From: an uncultured Clostridia bacterium
GTDB lineage: Bacteria > Bacillota > Clostridia > Christensenellales > UBA1242
Length of the DNA: 63,268 bases
Assembly (NCBI GenBank): GCA_947624105.1
Contig: CANQIX010000002.1
Span: 1 to 63,268 of the forward strand
Reading direction: 5' to 3'
The translations under genes and the position numbers were made by a program. Under the pieces are notes generated by a model, which saw only the letters and a program-made list of their open reading frames with translations, did not search any database and was not told the origin of the DNA. Each line of letters opens with the position of its first letter. Position 1 is the first letter of the stretch. Positions 16,829-29,398 of the stretch are shown in pieces.

Positions 16829-17178
16829 AAGAAATAGATGAAAAACTGTATGCGTTGTCGCTTTCAAAATTTAGGAGCAGTTTTAAGTTGAAGCAGAAAG
16901 ACAAGGAGTATATCCAGCAAAAGGGTATGCAAAAAATCAAGGAGCACGCCACTGATTTTGTTGTAAAGCGCCTCTCTAAAAGGTTAGAAAATGATGGCAA
17001 GCAAACGCCGATGCGTGGACACCCAGTTTTTGTTGCACAGCACGCAACCGCAACTTGCTGCCGAGGTTGTCTTGAAAAGTGGTATAAAATTCCTAAAGAA
17101 AAGGAATTAAATGCCGAAGAAATCGATTTTATCGTCGAACTAATAATGGAATGGATAAAACGACAAATTGAGGCCTAA
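16825..17178 (+). CDS. DUF4186 family protein
   Basis: HPVFVAQHATATCCRGCLEKWYKIPK is the conserved DUF4186 core. ATG 16825 overlaps the metK stop (ATGA). The ORF track opens earlier, at 16795. Confidence 0.6.
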   Translation: MKEIDEKLYALSLSKFRSSFKLKQKDKEYIQQKGMQKIKEHATDFVVKRLSKRLENDGKQTPMRGHPVFVAQHATATCCRGCLEKWYKIPKEKELNAEEIDFIVELIMEWIKRQIEA

Positions 17179-17238
17179 ATGGCGATATTTTGCGCGTTTT
17201 TGTTGAAAAAAATATAATTTTCTGCTAAAATTTAAGCG

Positions 17239-18459
17239 ATGGAAGTAAAAATTGAAGATATTTCATATCAAGGCAATGGAGTTGGACGATGCAACGGAAA
17301 GGTTGTGTTTGTGCCGCACGTCGATGTGGGAGAAGTTGTCGATGTCGATGTGGTTGACAACAAAAGTTCTTACTGCACAGCAAAAGTTAACACCATACTA
17401 GAAAAGTCGGCTTGCCGGCAGACACCTCCTTGCAAATACTTCGGCTTGTGCAGAGGGTGCGACTTTCAACACCTAAACTACGAGCGTGAGATACAACTTA
17501 AGAAAAAGATTCTATGCGACCAATTTAAAAAGGTGGGCTACAAGAGTGATATCGAAGTTGTTAGGTCGGAGAAAAGATTTGGCTATCGCAACAAAATAAG
17601 ACTCACCTTTAAGAAAGGCAGCCTTGGATACAACGCCGAAGGAAAACTTGTGGATATCGACGAGTGTTTGCTTGCAGACGAAAAAATCAAAGCGGCAGTG
17701 CGTGATGTTAGGGCGTTTTTGAAAGAAAGGCGCTTAAAAAACTTGCAAAGCGTAACTTTTCGCAGTGGTGATGAGAGCGTTATGATTGCCTTTTTGTTTG
17801 ATAAGACGGAGGAAGTTGACTTTTCACCGCTTTACAAATACAAGATATGTGCGGCGATTGGCGATGTTTTGGAAAGCGAAGGGACGGAAGTTTGGCAGAT
17901 AAATCGAACTGAGGTCTTTAAAACCGTCGGCGATTTCAATTTGAGCGTGGGTGCGAAATCGTTTTTTCAGGTAAATGATGAGATTGCGCAGCGGCTATAT
18001 GAGTTTGTAGTGAACAAGGTTAGAGGTGGCACGATTGTCAATGCTTATTCTGGACAGGGCGTTTTGACAAACATCTTGGCGCAAAAGTGCGAAAGGGTGA
18101 TTGGAGTTGAGTGCGAAGAAGAATCGCACAAACTTGCACAAAAGATAAGGCTTGGGAATGTTACGAACCTCTGTGCGAAGGTAGAAGATGTGTTAGAAGA
18201 ACTGACCACAGACGAAAAAGTGGACGCGATTGTGCTTGACCCGGCGCGTGAGGGGTGCGATAAAAAGGTTTTAGACGCGATTAAGAGCGCGAAAATAGAG
18301 AAAATCGTGTATATTTCGTGCAACTTTGCCACTTTGATACGCGATTTGAAACTTTTGCAAGAAGATTATGCGATTGATGATGTCCGCGCTTTCGATATGT
18401 TTCCAAACACTGCAAACATCGAAACGGTGGCGGAATTAACTTATAAAGGGGAGGAGTGA
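17239..18459 (+). CDS. TRAM-domain 23S rRNA (uracil-5)-methyltransferase, RlmD/RumA family
   Basis: An N-terminal TRAM-like domain is present. The Fe-S cysteine cluster reads CKYFGLCRGCDFQH. The C-terminal SAM methyltransferase region reads LDPAREGC...YISCN. Confidence 0.8.
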   Translation: MEVKIEDISYQGNGVGRCNGKVVFVPHVDVGEVVDVDVVDNKSSYCTAKVNTILEKSACRQTPPCKYFGLCRGCDFQHLNYEREIQLKKKILCDQFKKVGYKSDIEVVRSEKRFGYRNKIRLTFKKGSLGYNAEGKLVDIDECLLADEKIKAAVRDVRAFLKERRLKNLQSVTFRSGDESVMIAFLFDKTEEVDFSPLYKYKICAAIGDVLESEGTEVWQINRTEVFKTVGDFNLSVGAKSFFQVNDEIAQRLYEFVVNKVRGGTIVNAYSGQGVLTNILAQKCERVIGVECEEESHKLAQKIRLGNVTNLCAKVEDVLEELTTDEKVDAIVLDPAREGCDKKVLDAIKSAKIEKIVYISCNFATLIRDLKLLQEDYAIDDVRAFDMFPNTANIETVAELTYKGEE

Positions 18460-18460
18460 T

Positions 18461-18826
18461 ATGAATAGACAAGAAAATAGAGCATTTATTTGGTGTGCAA
18501 TATACTATTTACTTAATACAATTGCGATGTGTTATTTGACGTTCAGGGCGCAGATACTGAATTGGGACACGCTTTTGGTCTTTCTTCCATTGCTTTTCCT
18601 TGCGTTTTCTTCGGAATCGCTTATAAAAGCAAAAGAAAACAACCTATACCCATATTCTGCGATTGACTTTTTGGCTAAAGGTGCGGCATTTATCTTCGCA
18701 CAACTCGTCTACAGAAGACTTATGACAGGTCTTGTTTGGATTCCAATCGTTTTGTTTATTTTGTGTATCGCTCTTTCGTTGTTCTGCGAATATATGATGA
18801 AAAAGAAAAATATGCAACAAAAATAA
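18461..18826 (+). CDS. Small integral membrane protein, unknown function
   Basis: 121 aa with three or four hydrophobic segments. SD ggggaggag lies upstream. Confidence 0.5.
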   Translation: MNRQENRAFIWCAIYYLLNTIAMCYLTFRAQILNWDTLLVFLPLLFLAFSSESLIKAKENNLYPYSAIDFLAKGAAFIFAQLVYRRLMTGLVWIPIVLFILCIALSLFCEYMMKKKNMQQK

Positions 18827-18961
18827 CAAAAAATAGTTAAAAATAGCGAAAAAATATTAAAAAATTAATTTTTTTAGAAAAAATAAAATAAATATGACCA
18901 AAAAATACAATAAAATCTAAAAAATCGATAATTACTAGCAAATAAATGTATGAAATAAATA

Positions 18962-18989
18962 AAAAAATACCGAAATTTCGGTATTTTTT
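18962..18989. terminator. Bidirectional terminator at a convergent junction
   Basis: Palindrome aaaaaataccgaaa/tttcggtatttttt with A and T runs on both sides. Confidence 0.75.
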
Positions 18990-19020
18990 ATTATTTTTTA
19001 ATTATTTTTAATATTTTTAT

Positions 19021-20736
19021 TTATTTTTTTAAATCTTCAAGGTCAAATGGAGTGTTTAACTCTTGTTTATACCTTTCAATCATCTCATCGTCTATTCTCA
19101 TAAATAGAGGTTTTGGTGGTTGAACGCAGTGGTCTTTGCCGATGTTTACCTTTGTGCTTTCTTCCCACAATCCGGCGGCATCTGGTCTGCCTTCAAAGCC
19201 AAGTTGTTGCCAAATCTCTGCCGTTTTTGTTGGAATGATTGGGCTAGCAACAATTGCCAAGGATTTTGCCATATTTAGACACAGATACAGCACCTTTTTA
19301 GCGCTGTCAAGGTCGCCGTTTTTGATAAGAGTCCAAGGAGCAGTCTTTTCAAGGTAGGTGTTGCCTATCGATGCAAAGCGCATAATCTCTTTATATGCAA
19401 GCCTAAATTCTGTTTTAGAAAATAGGTCGGCGATTGTGTTTGGGGAAGTTGCTATTGCGTCAAGCATTTCCTTGTCGGTGTCGTCAAGTTGCAAATCGCT
19501 TAATTCAACGCCAAGATGTCCGGCAAAGTTTTTGTTTATCATATTGATTGTGCGGTTAAAGAAGTTGCCGTATTTTCCAACGAGTTCGGTATTGGTGTTT
19601 AACTTAAAGCCCTCATAAGAGAAGTCGCTGTCTTTGTTTTCAGGGAATATCGAAAGTAAATACGCTCTCAGTGTGTCGATGTCTAGGTCGCTGTTAAGCA
19701 AGTTTTGGCAGAAAATTCCAATTTTCTTCGATTTTGAGAACTTTTGCCCTTCAAAATTGAGGAAGTTGAAGCCAACAACGTTCTTTGCAAGTTTATATTT
19801 CTTACTGCCAAGTTCGATGCTTGGGAAAAATACCGCGTGGAAATCGATGTTGTCTTTGCCGATAAAGTTGTATATCTCACATTCGTCGTTCTGCCATCTA
19901 TCCTTAACCATCTCTTCGCCACCAAGTTCTTTGGTGATTGAAATGTAGCCGATTGGCGCGTCAAACCAAACGTAAAACACCTTATCTTCAAAGCCTTTAA
20001 GAGGAACTCTGATTCCCCAAGGAATATCACGGGTTATGCAACGCTCTTTAAGTCCTTCTTTAATCCACTTGTTTGCCATATTGTAAACGTGTGGGCGAAA
20101 GGTGTCTTTTTTGGAATCGAGCCACTTAGAGAGTTCTTTTTGAAGTTTGTCGAGCCTAATATACAGGTGATTGGTGTTTTTGAAAACGGCGTCTTGTCCG
20201 CAGAAAGTGCATTTTGGATTTTGGAGTTGTTCAAGGTCGTAGGTCTTTCCGCAGTTGTCGCATTGGTCGCCATAAGCCTTGTCGTAGCCACAATATGGGC
20301 AAGTGCCATACACAAATCTGTCTGCGAGGGCGATTTTGTCGTGTTCGCAATAACACATCTTGCTTGCTCTTTCGGAGATGTAGCCGTTTTTGTTTAGCGC
20401 GTCAAAAACATCGCATGTTACCTCACGGTGCACTTGAGTGTTTGTGCCGCTGAAAATATCAAAACTGATTTCAAGTCTATCGGCAATTTCCTTCATCTTT
20501 GAGTTCATTGTGCTGATAAACTCGTTTATTTCCATTCCAACTTGCTTTGCACTGATGTAACTTGCAGTGCCGTGGTCATCTGTTCCACTTACGTATACAA
20601 CATCGTTTCCATAAGTTCTGTGGAAGCGAGTAAACACATCTCCAGGAAGCCAACACCCAACAACGTGGCCGAGATGTGGAAGTCCGTTGATATATAAAAG
20701 TGCGGACGTAACTAATATTTTTTTCTTTTTATCCAT
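19021..20736 (-). CDS. metG: Methionyl-tRNA synthetase
   Basis: HIGH-type motif INGLPHLGHVVG, zinc knuckles CPYCGY...CDNCG and KMSKS-type motif KFSKSKK. Confidence 0.92.
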   Translation of the reverse strand: MDKKKKILVTSALLYINGLPHLGHVVGCWLPGDVFTRFHRTYGNDVVYVSGTDDHGTASYISAKQVGMEINEFISTMNSKMKEIADRLEISFDIFSGTNTQVHREVTCDVFDALNKNGYISERASKMCYCEHDKIALADRFVYGTCPYCGYDKAYGDQCDNCGKTYDLEQLQNPKCTFCGQDAVFKNTNHLYIRLDKLQKELSKWLDSKKDTFRPHVYNMANKWIKEGLKERCITRDIPWGIRVPLKGFEDKVFYVWFDAPIGYISITKELGGEEMVKDRWQNDECEIYNFIGKDNIDFHAVFFPSIELGSKKYKLAKNVVGFNFLNFEGQKFSKSKKIGIFCQNLLNSDLDIDTLRAYLLSIFPENKDSDFSYEGFKLNTNTELVGKYGNFFNRTINMINKNFAGHLGVELSDLQLDDTDKEMLDAIATSPNTIADLFSKTEFRLAYKEIMRFASIGNTYLEKTAPWTLIKNGDLDSAKKVLYLCLNMAKSLAIVASPIIPTKTAEIWQQLGFEGRPDAAGLWEESTKVNIGKDHCVQPPKPLFMRIDDEMIERYKQELNTPFDLEDLKK

Positions 20737-20767
20737 TTATTTATCCTTTTAAATTAAATTTTAGTGA

Positions 20768-22057
20768 TTATTTTGAAAGTTTTGCAACAATTTCTTCTTT
20801 ACTTAAATTTTCCTGAGCGCCGAGGCGCATATTTTTTAGAGGATAAATTTTAGATGCTAATTCGCTTTCTCCTAAAATTAAAATATAAGGAATGTTTCTT
20901 CTGTTCGCTTCTTTCATTTTGGCTTTAAAACTTTTGCCAACGCCGATGAGGTCTGCTTTAACTGAGTTGTTGCGGAAGAAGTTTACAAGTTCAAGTCCGT
21001 TTGTAACCGTTTCGTCAAAGGTGAGTATGCCGAGTGTGATGTTTGAGGAATTTTCGCTTAGTTTTTCGCTCTTCATAGCGTCAAAGAGGCGGGTTATTCC
21101 TATACTCATTCCAACTCCTTGCATATTTTGATCGATGTAACTTCCGCAAAGGTTGTCGTATCTTCCGCCACCACCCATAGCGCCGAGTTCACGTCTGCCG
21201 TCTATAAACACTTCAAACACTGTGCCGGTGTAATAGTTGTGTCCGCGCACAATGCTTAAGTTAAAGGTGTAGTTTGGCATACTTAGTGCCTTTAAGTAGC
21301 GGTCAACTTCCTCTAGTTCTGCAATTCCCTTTTGGAAGGTTTCGTTATCTGTGAGGGGTTTGAGCGCGCTAACCTTTTCAATTACGCCTTTTGTGTCAAT
21401 TATGCTGTATATCTTTGATAATTCCTCCTGCTTTACGCCTTTTTCGAGGAACATTTCGGTTATATCTTCTCTTTTAAGTTTGTCAACCTTGTCGACGATA
21501 ATCATAAGGTCAGTGATGTTTTCTACGTCTTTAAGGGTTTCAAAAAAGCCAGCCAGAATCTTTCTGTTTGAAATTTCTACTGTGGCATCAAAGCCAAGTG
21601 CTTTAAAGCAAGGTTCATAAAGTTTTATGCATTCAGCGTCGTAGGTGAGTGGCAGTTCGCCATCGCCGATAACATCGGCATCGCATTGATAGAATTCTCT
21701 AAATCTACCCTTTTGAGGGCGCTCGCCACGATAAACCTTTCCAACTTGATAGCGCTTGAATGGGAAGTTTAAAACGTTGTAATTCATAGCGACAAATCTT
21801 GCAAGGGGAACGGTGAGGTCGTATCGCAAACAGAGTTCGGTTGAACCCTTTGTGAAGTTGTAAATTTCTTTATCAATATCGCCACCGCTTTTTGCAAGCA
21901 ATATGTCGGAGTATTCAGCAACGGGAGTGTCAAGAGGCATAAAACAATTTGCCTTGAAAACGTCTTTCAAGGTGGATATCATATTGTCAAAAATTTCTTC
22001 TTCCTCTGGCATAAGTTCCCAAAAACCTTGCAATTTGCGAGGGGTAATTTTTTCCAT
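20768..22057 (-). CDS. hisS: Histidyl-tRNA synthetase
   Basis: RYDLTVPLARFVA, YRGERPQKGRFREFYQCD and GGGRYDNL are class II HisRS motifs. Confidence 0.92.
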   Translation of the reverse strand: MEKITPRKLQGFWELMPEEEEIFDNMISTLKDVFKANCFMPLDTPVAEYSDILLAKSGGDIDKEIYNFTKGSTELCLRYDLTVPLARFVAMNYNVLNFPFKRYQVGKVYRGERPQKGRFREFYQCDADVIGDGELPLTYDAECIKLYEPCFKALGFDATVEISNRKILAGFFETLKDVENITDLMIIVDKVDKLKREDITEMFLEKGVKQEELSKIYSIIDTKGVIEKVSALKPLTDNETFQKGIAELEEVDRYLKALSMPNYTFNLSIVRGHNYYTGTVFEVFIDGRRELGAMGGGGRYDNLCGSYIDQNMQGVGMSIGITRLFDAMKSEKLSENSSNITLGILTFDETVTNGLELVNFFRNNSVKADLIGVGKSFKAKMKEANRRNIPYILILGESELASKIYPLKNMRLGAQENLSKEEIVAKLSK

Positions 22058-22104
22058 TGTTTTCTCCTATAAAGTTTGTAATTTTATATAATTAGACAGT
22101 AACC

Positions 22105-22134
22105 ATTTTACACTAGTTTGTGCCGGTTTGTCAA
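22105..22134 (-). promoter_or_regulatory. Putative hisS-metG promoter
   Basis: On the minus strand: TTGACA (22129-22134), an 18-nt spacer, then TAAAAT (22105-22110). It lies about 50 nt upstream of the hisS ATG, which has SD aggag. Confidence 0.45.
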
Positions 22135-22163
22135 TGAAAAGACTCCTTGTTAACCTTGCAAAC

Positions 22164-22344
22164 TTATGCACAAAACCACACAAGTTATCCACAAATAATA
22201 TTTATACATTTTCATTTATGAATATTCAAACAGAGGATTTTGGGGATAAATGGGGACAAATCCACCTAAGTTATCCACATTTCCACATTGTTTTGGGCAT
22301 ATTTGCAAAAATTTGCGCCGTTTAGGCATTTTCATTGTGGATTT
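22164..22344. promoter_or_regulatory. Cluster of DnaA-box-like 9-mers
   Basis: Two perfect TTATCCACA boxes at 22185-22193 and 22271-22279. One-mismatch boxes are TTATGCACA (22164-22172) and the reverse complement TTATCCCCA (22241-22249). Two-mismatch boxes lie at 22251-22259, 22279-22287 and 22336-22344. Confidence 0.6.
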
Positions 22345-22493
22345 CTTTGAGGCAATCCAAAGAGCGGGATTTTATAATTATAAATTATTCTGTATATTCA
22401 AAGATTTTTGTGTCAGTCAAATTGTATAATGTGAATAAAAATGCATATCAAATCTATTCGTAAAAATTTTTATCAAAAGGCAGAATTTTGTGC

Positions 22494-24509
22494 TTAGCCT
22501 TTTGTTAAGAATCTGCTTGGCTTTTTGTCGGCAATAAAGCAGAGGTTATGAAGGGCACGCGTGCTTGAAACATAGAGCAAATTTCGGTCAAGTTCGGTGT
22601 GGTAATTTTCGTCATTTGCAAATGGAACGACAACCATATCAAACTCGACTCCCTTTGCACTGAGGATTGTTGTTATCATATACTTTTGCATACTTGTTGC
22701 CGTGTCTTCGTTTAAAACGACAAAGTTCTTTATCACTTTGCTGTTCTTCTGCAGGTAGGCGATTTCTGCCTTGTTTTTGCAGATGATGCACATCGCTTTG
22801 TCAGGATCTTTCTTTTTTATCAACGCTTCGATGGTGGCGATGGTGTCTTTCGTTTTTAAAAATTCTACCTCATCGCCGTTTCTGTTTACATTGTTTGAAA
22901 CATTCTTACCAAGAATCTTCTGCGAGAATTTGGAGATTTGCATAGTGCTTCGATAAGACTTTGTCATATAGCACAGGCGAGATTTAGTTTCCTTTGCAAG
23001 CGATTTAAGATAATCGTCGCTTAGATTTTTGTCGATGCTTTGATTGATGTCGCCAAGATACATCTTAGGGCAGTCCCAAAGTTTGTCGAAAAGGTAGAAA
23101 TGGCAAGGGGTGTAATCTTGCATTTCGTCCACAATGATATACTTTGACTTATAGTTGTGCTGAAGCCCATAGATGTTCTCTTTTATAAGCAAAATTTGTG
23201 CGATATCGTAAGCACCGATGCTTTCAATCTCGTCAAGGTCAACCGAGCGCAAAAAGATGTTGTAAATTCTAACAAGGTCGGTTGTGATGAGTTTGGAATA
23301 TAAAATCTTCTTCGCACGTTCAAAGAAGTTGATGTTCTTTGATGGTGGAATGTTAAAGAGGTCGACAATATGTTCGGCAATCGCTTCGATGCGCTTGTAT
23401 ATTGGCAGGCCTTTAAGTTTGTTATAGTAAATATCGCGAATTTCCTCTTCCTCTATCACCAAATTGCCAAATACAAGCGTTTTAGGTATGAAGAGGTTAC
23501 AAATATCGTTTGTAAGGAAGTTTTTGAAATCTTCCAAAAATTCAAAACTATACTTGATTGCGATGTTTTCAAAGTCGCGCTGAGTTCCGTTTGTGATGAG
23601 GTTGTCGAGCAATTCCTCACGAGTGGTGAATTTTGCCCCTAAAAGCGTTTTTGCGATGTGAGAAAAGGTGGTTGTGTATGCCTTTTCATCGCCAAGAGAA
23701 GGCAAAACCTCTTCGATATAGTTTGAAAAGTGTTCACTAGGCGACAAAACTAAGATGTCGTCGTTCTTCATTGTGTCTTTATATTTGTAGAGGAGATAAG
23801 AAACTCTGTGGAGGGCGACACTCGTCTTTCCTGAGCCGGCAACTCCTTGCACGATAACATTGTGTATGTCGTTGCTTCTAATAAGCACGTTTTGTTCCTT
23901 TTGAATGGTGGAAACGATGTCGTGCATCTTAGATGTGGAATTTTTAGACAACTCCTCCATCAATATTTCATCATTTATTACAAGTCCAGAATCGATGTAA
24001 TATTCAAGATATCCGTCATCAATTTTATACTGACGTTTAAGAGAGAGGTCGCCGTGAATTTCGCCGTCTGGGCAAGTGTATGAAGTCTGCCCGATAACAT
24101 CGTCATAATAGAGGGAGGCGACATCGGCACGCCAGTCGTAGACTAGGTTGACGTCGTCTGATTTAAGATGTCCAATTCCAATATAGTAATGGTCGACAGT
24201 TTTGGAGTTATCAAGTTTAAAATCGATTCTTCCAAAGTAAGGCACGGATTTTTGTTTTTCTAGCCTTTTTACCAATTTTTCAAGTGTTTTATTGTTTTGT
24301 TCAAGACTTTCAATCTCGATGTTTATGCCTGCAAGTTCGTCGGTGCTTGAACTTATGTCGTAAAAGTTTTCTGCAAAATATTTTTTCTGCGCGCGTATCT
24401 TGTCTTTATTTAAGTTTATCGTTGTTTTGCACGCTTTTTGGGTGTTTACTATCTGCTGTTCAACTTTTTCTAAGTATTCTCTCTCGTTTTGTAAAGTTGT
24501 ATCTATCAT
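22494..24509 (-). CDS. UvrD/Rep superfamily 1 helicase, HelD (helicase IV)-like
   Basis: Walker A is VQGVAGSGKTSVALHR. Other helicase motifs are IIVDEMQDY, KSYRST and SAKGVEFDMVVV...LYVSSTRALHNL. The N-terminal coiled-coil region resembles HelD proteins. Confidence 0.75.
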   Translation of the reverse strand: MIDTTLQNEREYLEKVEQQIVNTQKACKTTINLNKDKIRAQKKYFAENFYDISSSTDELAGINIEIESLEQNNKTLEKLVKRLEKQKSVPYFGRIDFKLDNSKTVDHYYIGIGHLKSDDVNLVYDWRADVASLYYDDVIGQTSYTCPDGEIHGDLSLKRQYKIDDGYLEYYIDSGLVINDEILMEELSKNSTSKMHDIVSTIQKEQNVLIRSNDIHNVIVQGVAGSGKTSVALHRVSYLLYKYKDTMKNDDILVLSPSEHFSNYIEEVLPSLGDEKAYTTTFSHIAKTLLGAKFTTREELLDNLITNGTQRDFENIAIKYSFEFLEDFKNFLTNDICNLFIPKTLVFGNLVIEEEEIRDIYYNKLKGLPIYKRIEAIAEHIVDLFNIPPSKNINFFERAKKILYSKLITTDLVRIYNIFLRSVDLDEIESIGAYDIAQILLIKENIYGLQHNYKSKYIIVDEMQDYTPCHFYLFDKLWDCPKMYLGDINQSIDKNLSDDYLKSLAKETKSRLCYMTKSYRSTMQISKFSQKILGKNVSNNVNRNGDEVEFLKTKDTIATIEALIKKKDPDKAMCIICKNKAEIAYLQKNSKVIKNFVVLNEDTATSMQKYMITTILSAKGVEFDMVVVPFANDENYHTELDRNLLYVSSTRALHNLCFIADKKPSRFLTKG

Positions 24510-24536
24510 TCATATCCCCCTTGCGCTGTGTCAGTT

Positions 24537-24563
24537 AATAAAACGCTGGACAAGCCAGCGTTT
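24537..24563 (-). terminator. Intrinsic terminator between gyrA and the helicase gene
   Basis: On the minus strand: aacgctgg-cttgt-ccagcgtt followed by ttatt. Confidence 0.55.
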
Positions 24564-24566
24564 TTG

Positions 24567-27140
24567 TTAGTTATCTTCTTCTGGCTCGGTTTCTATACTT
24601 TCGGCGACTTCAACTTCTTCTTCAAGTTGTTCTTCGCCTTCAACCTGGTCTTCTGCGACAGGTTCTTCTTCCTCACGAGCGGAAGTTGCAACACTTACGA
24701 TCTTTGCGTTTGATTTAAGTTTCATAATCTTTACGCCTTGACTTACACGTGAGAAGGTGCTGATGTTGTCGACGTGAGTTCTTATAACAACTCCGTTGTC
24801 TGCGATAATAACCAAATCGCAGTCGTCAACAATCTCTTTAAGAGCGACAAGTTTGCCGGTTTTTTCGTTAAATACGCCGGCTTTAACGCCCATACCACCA
24901 CGTTGTTGAAGTCTGTATTCTTCGACATCAGTTTGTTTTCCAAATCCATTTTCTGTGATTGTGATAATCTTTGCGTTTTTATGGATTATTGCCATATCGA
25001 CGATGTAGTCGTTTGGTGCAAGTTTCATACTTCTAACGCCTTGACTATCTCTTCCAACTTGTCTTACGTCCACTTCGTTGAAACGTATGCACTTACCTTC
25101 GTGGGAGGCAACTAAGATGTCATCTCTTGAAGTTGTGGTTGCAACTCCAATAAGTTCATCGCCGTCGACAAGTTTAATAGCAATCTTTCCGCCTTTACGT
25201 ATGCTTTCGTATTCGCTTAGAACGGTCTTCTTGATAAGTCCGTTTCTGGTTGCCATAACAAGGTTGTTGCTCATATCGATATCTTTTGTGATTGGTATGA
25301 TTGTTGCAACCTTTTCGCCAGGTTCAAGTTGCAAGAGGTTGATGATTGCTCTGCCCTTTGCTTGGCGCTGTGCTTCTGGAATTTCATACGCTTTAAGGTC
25401 GTAAACCTTTCCGGAGTTTGTAAAGAAGAAGAGGGTGTCGTGCGAGGAAGTAACAAATATCTTTTCAACAAAGTCTTCATCTTTGGTCTTGTGGGCAGTT
25501 ATGCCAACGCCTCCGCGGTTTTGTGCGTCATATTCGCTTAATGCCATTCTCTTGATGTATCCCATATGGGTCATCGAGATAATTACGTCTTCTCTTGGAA
25601 TGAGGTCTTCAATGTCAATTCCGCCTACTTCAAGGCTAATCTCTGTTTTACGCTTGCTGTCGTAGGTTACTTTGACTTTTTCGAGGTCGTCATAGATTAT
25701 CTTAAGCACTCTTGCAGGAGTTGCAAGAATATCCGAAAGATCGGCAATAGTTGCTTCGAGTTCGGCAAGTTCCTCTTTAAGTTTTTCAACTTCAAGAGAG
25801 GTAAGTTTAGACAACTTCATTTCAAGGATTGCGTTTGCTTGAATTTCGTCAAGTTCAAACTGAGTTGTGAGGTTTTTAAGAGCGTCTGCTCTGTCTGATG
25901 ATGTTTTAATAACTTGTATTACTTCTTCAATCGAAGCAAGGGCAGTAATAAGACCTCTTACGATATGTTCTCTTTCTTGCGCCTTCTTCAAATCAAAGTT
26001 GGTTCTTCTTACGATAACCTCTTTTTGATGTTCGAGGTAGTAATACAACATTTCTTTAAGGTTTAATATTCTTGGTTCGCCGTCAACAAGGGCAAGCATA
26101 ATAATTCCAAAGCCCTGTTGAAGCATCGTATGTTTGTAGAGGGTGTTTAAAACGACTTGTGCATTGAAGTCTTTTTTAACTTCAACAACAACTCTAAGCC
26201 CCTGTCTATCACTTTCTTCGTTGATGCCAGAAATTCCGTCAATCTTTTTATCTCTAACAAGGTCTGCCATCTGTTGAATGAATTTTGCCTTGTTAACTTG
26301 ATATGGAAGTTCCGAAATAACGATGCGGGAACGTCCTGTGGAGGTTTCTTCGATTTCTGCCTTACCACGAATGATAATTCCGCCTTTTCCGGTTTTGTAG
26401 GCGTGTTTAATCGCCGTTCTGCCCATAATAATTCCACCGGTAGGGAAATCTGGGGCAGGGATAATTTTGATAAGTTCGTCTATGTCGATGTCTGGGTTTT
26501 GAATGAGCGCTTGAACACCATTGATAACTTCTGTGAGGTTGTGTGGTGGAATGTTTGTTGCCATACCAACCGCAATACCATCAGAGCCGTTTACAAGCAA
26601 GTTAGGGAACTTTGCTGGCAAAACAGATGGCTGCATCAAAGTGTCGTCAAAGTTAGGGTAGAAGTCAACCGTTTCTTTGTCGATATCTTCAAGCATCAAA
26701 GAGGCAATTTTGCTTAATCTTGCTTCTGTGTAACGTTGTGCAGCAGGTGGGTCGCCATCGACAGAACCAAAGTTACCGTGCCCATCGATAAGAGGGTATC
26801 TTATCGAGAAGTCTTGGGCAAGTCTAACTAAGGCGTCGTAAACCGAAGAGTCGCCGTGTGGGTGGTATTTACCCATAACATCACCGACAATTCTGGCGGA
26901 CTTTTTGTATGGCTTGTCGTAGAAGTTGTTAAGTTCGCCCATTCCGTAAAGGATACGTCTATGGACAGGCTTTAAGCCGTCGCGCACATCTGGGATTGCA
27001 CGGCTTACGTTAACAGCCATAGCATAGGAGATGAAGGACTTTTTAAGTTCTCCAACCACTTCGACCTTTTGAATCTTTTCGTTTGCAAAAAGTTGCTCTA
27101 GACTCTTTTTCTTATCATCACTTAAATTGTTGTTTTTCAT
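24567..27140 (-). CDS. gyrA: DNA gyrase subunit A
   Basis: [48 protein letters not shown] and C-terminal beta-pinwheel repeats, with an acidic tail. Confidence 0.97.
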   Translation of the reverse strand: MKNNNLSDDKKKSLEQLFANEKIQKVEVVGELKKSFISYAMAVNVSRAIPDVRDGLKPVHRRILYGMGELNNFYDKPYKKSARIVGDVMGKYHPHGDSSVYDALVRLAQDFSIRYPLIDGHGNFGSVDGDPPAAQRYTEARLSKIASLMLEDIDKETVDFYPNFDDTLMQPSVLPAKFPNLLVNGSDGIAVGMATNIPPHNLTEVINGVQALIQNPDIDIDELIKIIPAPDFPTGGIIMGRTAIKHAYKTGKGGIIIRGKAEIEETSTGRSRIVISELPYQVNKAKFIQQMADLVRDKKIDGISGINEESDRQGLRVVVEVKKDFNAQVVLNTLYKHTMLQQGFGIIMLALVDGEPRILNLKEMLYYYLEHQKEVIVRRTNFDLKKAQEREHIVRGLITALASIEEVIQVIKTSSDRADALKNLTTQFELDEIQANAILEMKLSKLTSLEVEKLKEELAELEATIADLSDILATPARVLKIIYDDLEKVKVTYDSKRKTEISLEVGGIDIEDLIPREDVIISMTHMGYIKRMALSEYDAQNRGGVGITAHKTKDEDFVEKIFVTSSHDTLFFFTNSGKVYDLKAYEIPEAQRQAKGRAIINLLQLEPGEKVATIIPITKDIDMSNNLVMATRNGLIKKTVLSEYESIRKGGKIAIKLVDGDELIGVATTTSRDDILVASHEGKCIRFNEVDVRQVGRDSQGVRSMKLAPNDYIVDMAIIHKNAKIITITENGFGKQTDVEEYRLQQRGGMGVKAGVFNEKTGKLVALKEIVDDCDLVIIADNGVVIRTHVDNISTFSRVSQGVKIMKLKSNAKIVSVATSAREEEEPVAEDQVEGEEQLEEEVEVAESIETEPEEDN

Positions 27141-27166
27141 AGTTATCCCTTATAATTAAATTTTGA

Positions 27167-29191
<2,025 letters not shown>

Positions 29192-29204
29192 TTATATACA
29201 CTTT

Positions 29205-29234
29205 ATTATAACATATAAATAGAAAAAAAGACAA
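29205..29234 (-). promoter_or_regulatory. Putative gyrBA promoter
   Basis: On the minus strand: TTGTCT (29229-29234), an 18-nt spacer, then TGtTATAAT with the hexamer TATAAT at 29205-29210. Confidence 0.5.
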
Positions 29235-29370
29235 TTATTTATCGAAAATAATTTTGAAATAATTAAAATTTTGGGCGAAAAATAGTCTTATTTAGCCAAA
29301 TGGGCGATAAGAGGTAAGTTTATATGCCTAAAAGCAAAAACGCGGAAATAAGGCGATTTTTGGGCGAATA

Positions 29371-29398
29371 TAAAAAATAAAATCGCTTGATGCGATTT
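29371..29398 (-). terminator. Intrinsic terminator of the 29399-30232 gene
   Basis: On the minus strand: aatcgc-atca-agcgatt followed by ttatttttt. Confidence 0.6.

Noticed and set aside
22164-22440. A bona fide chromosomal origin (oriC)
   Set aside because: No dnaA, dnaN or recF gene is adjacent, and the genes on the right side are oriented toward the site. It is kept only as a DnaA-box cluster of unknown role.
22058-22493. T-box leader for hisS
   Set aside because: The minus strand has no convincing AAnnnGGGTGGnACCGCG box and no terminator/antiterminator pair. A promoter lies only about 50 nt from the ATG.
29272-29370. Three TGGGCGA(A/T)A motifs upstream of gyrB as an operator set
   Set aside because: The motif is short, the spacing is irregular, and I can link no known regulator consensus to it. 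It could be chance and is not reported as a feature.
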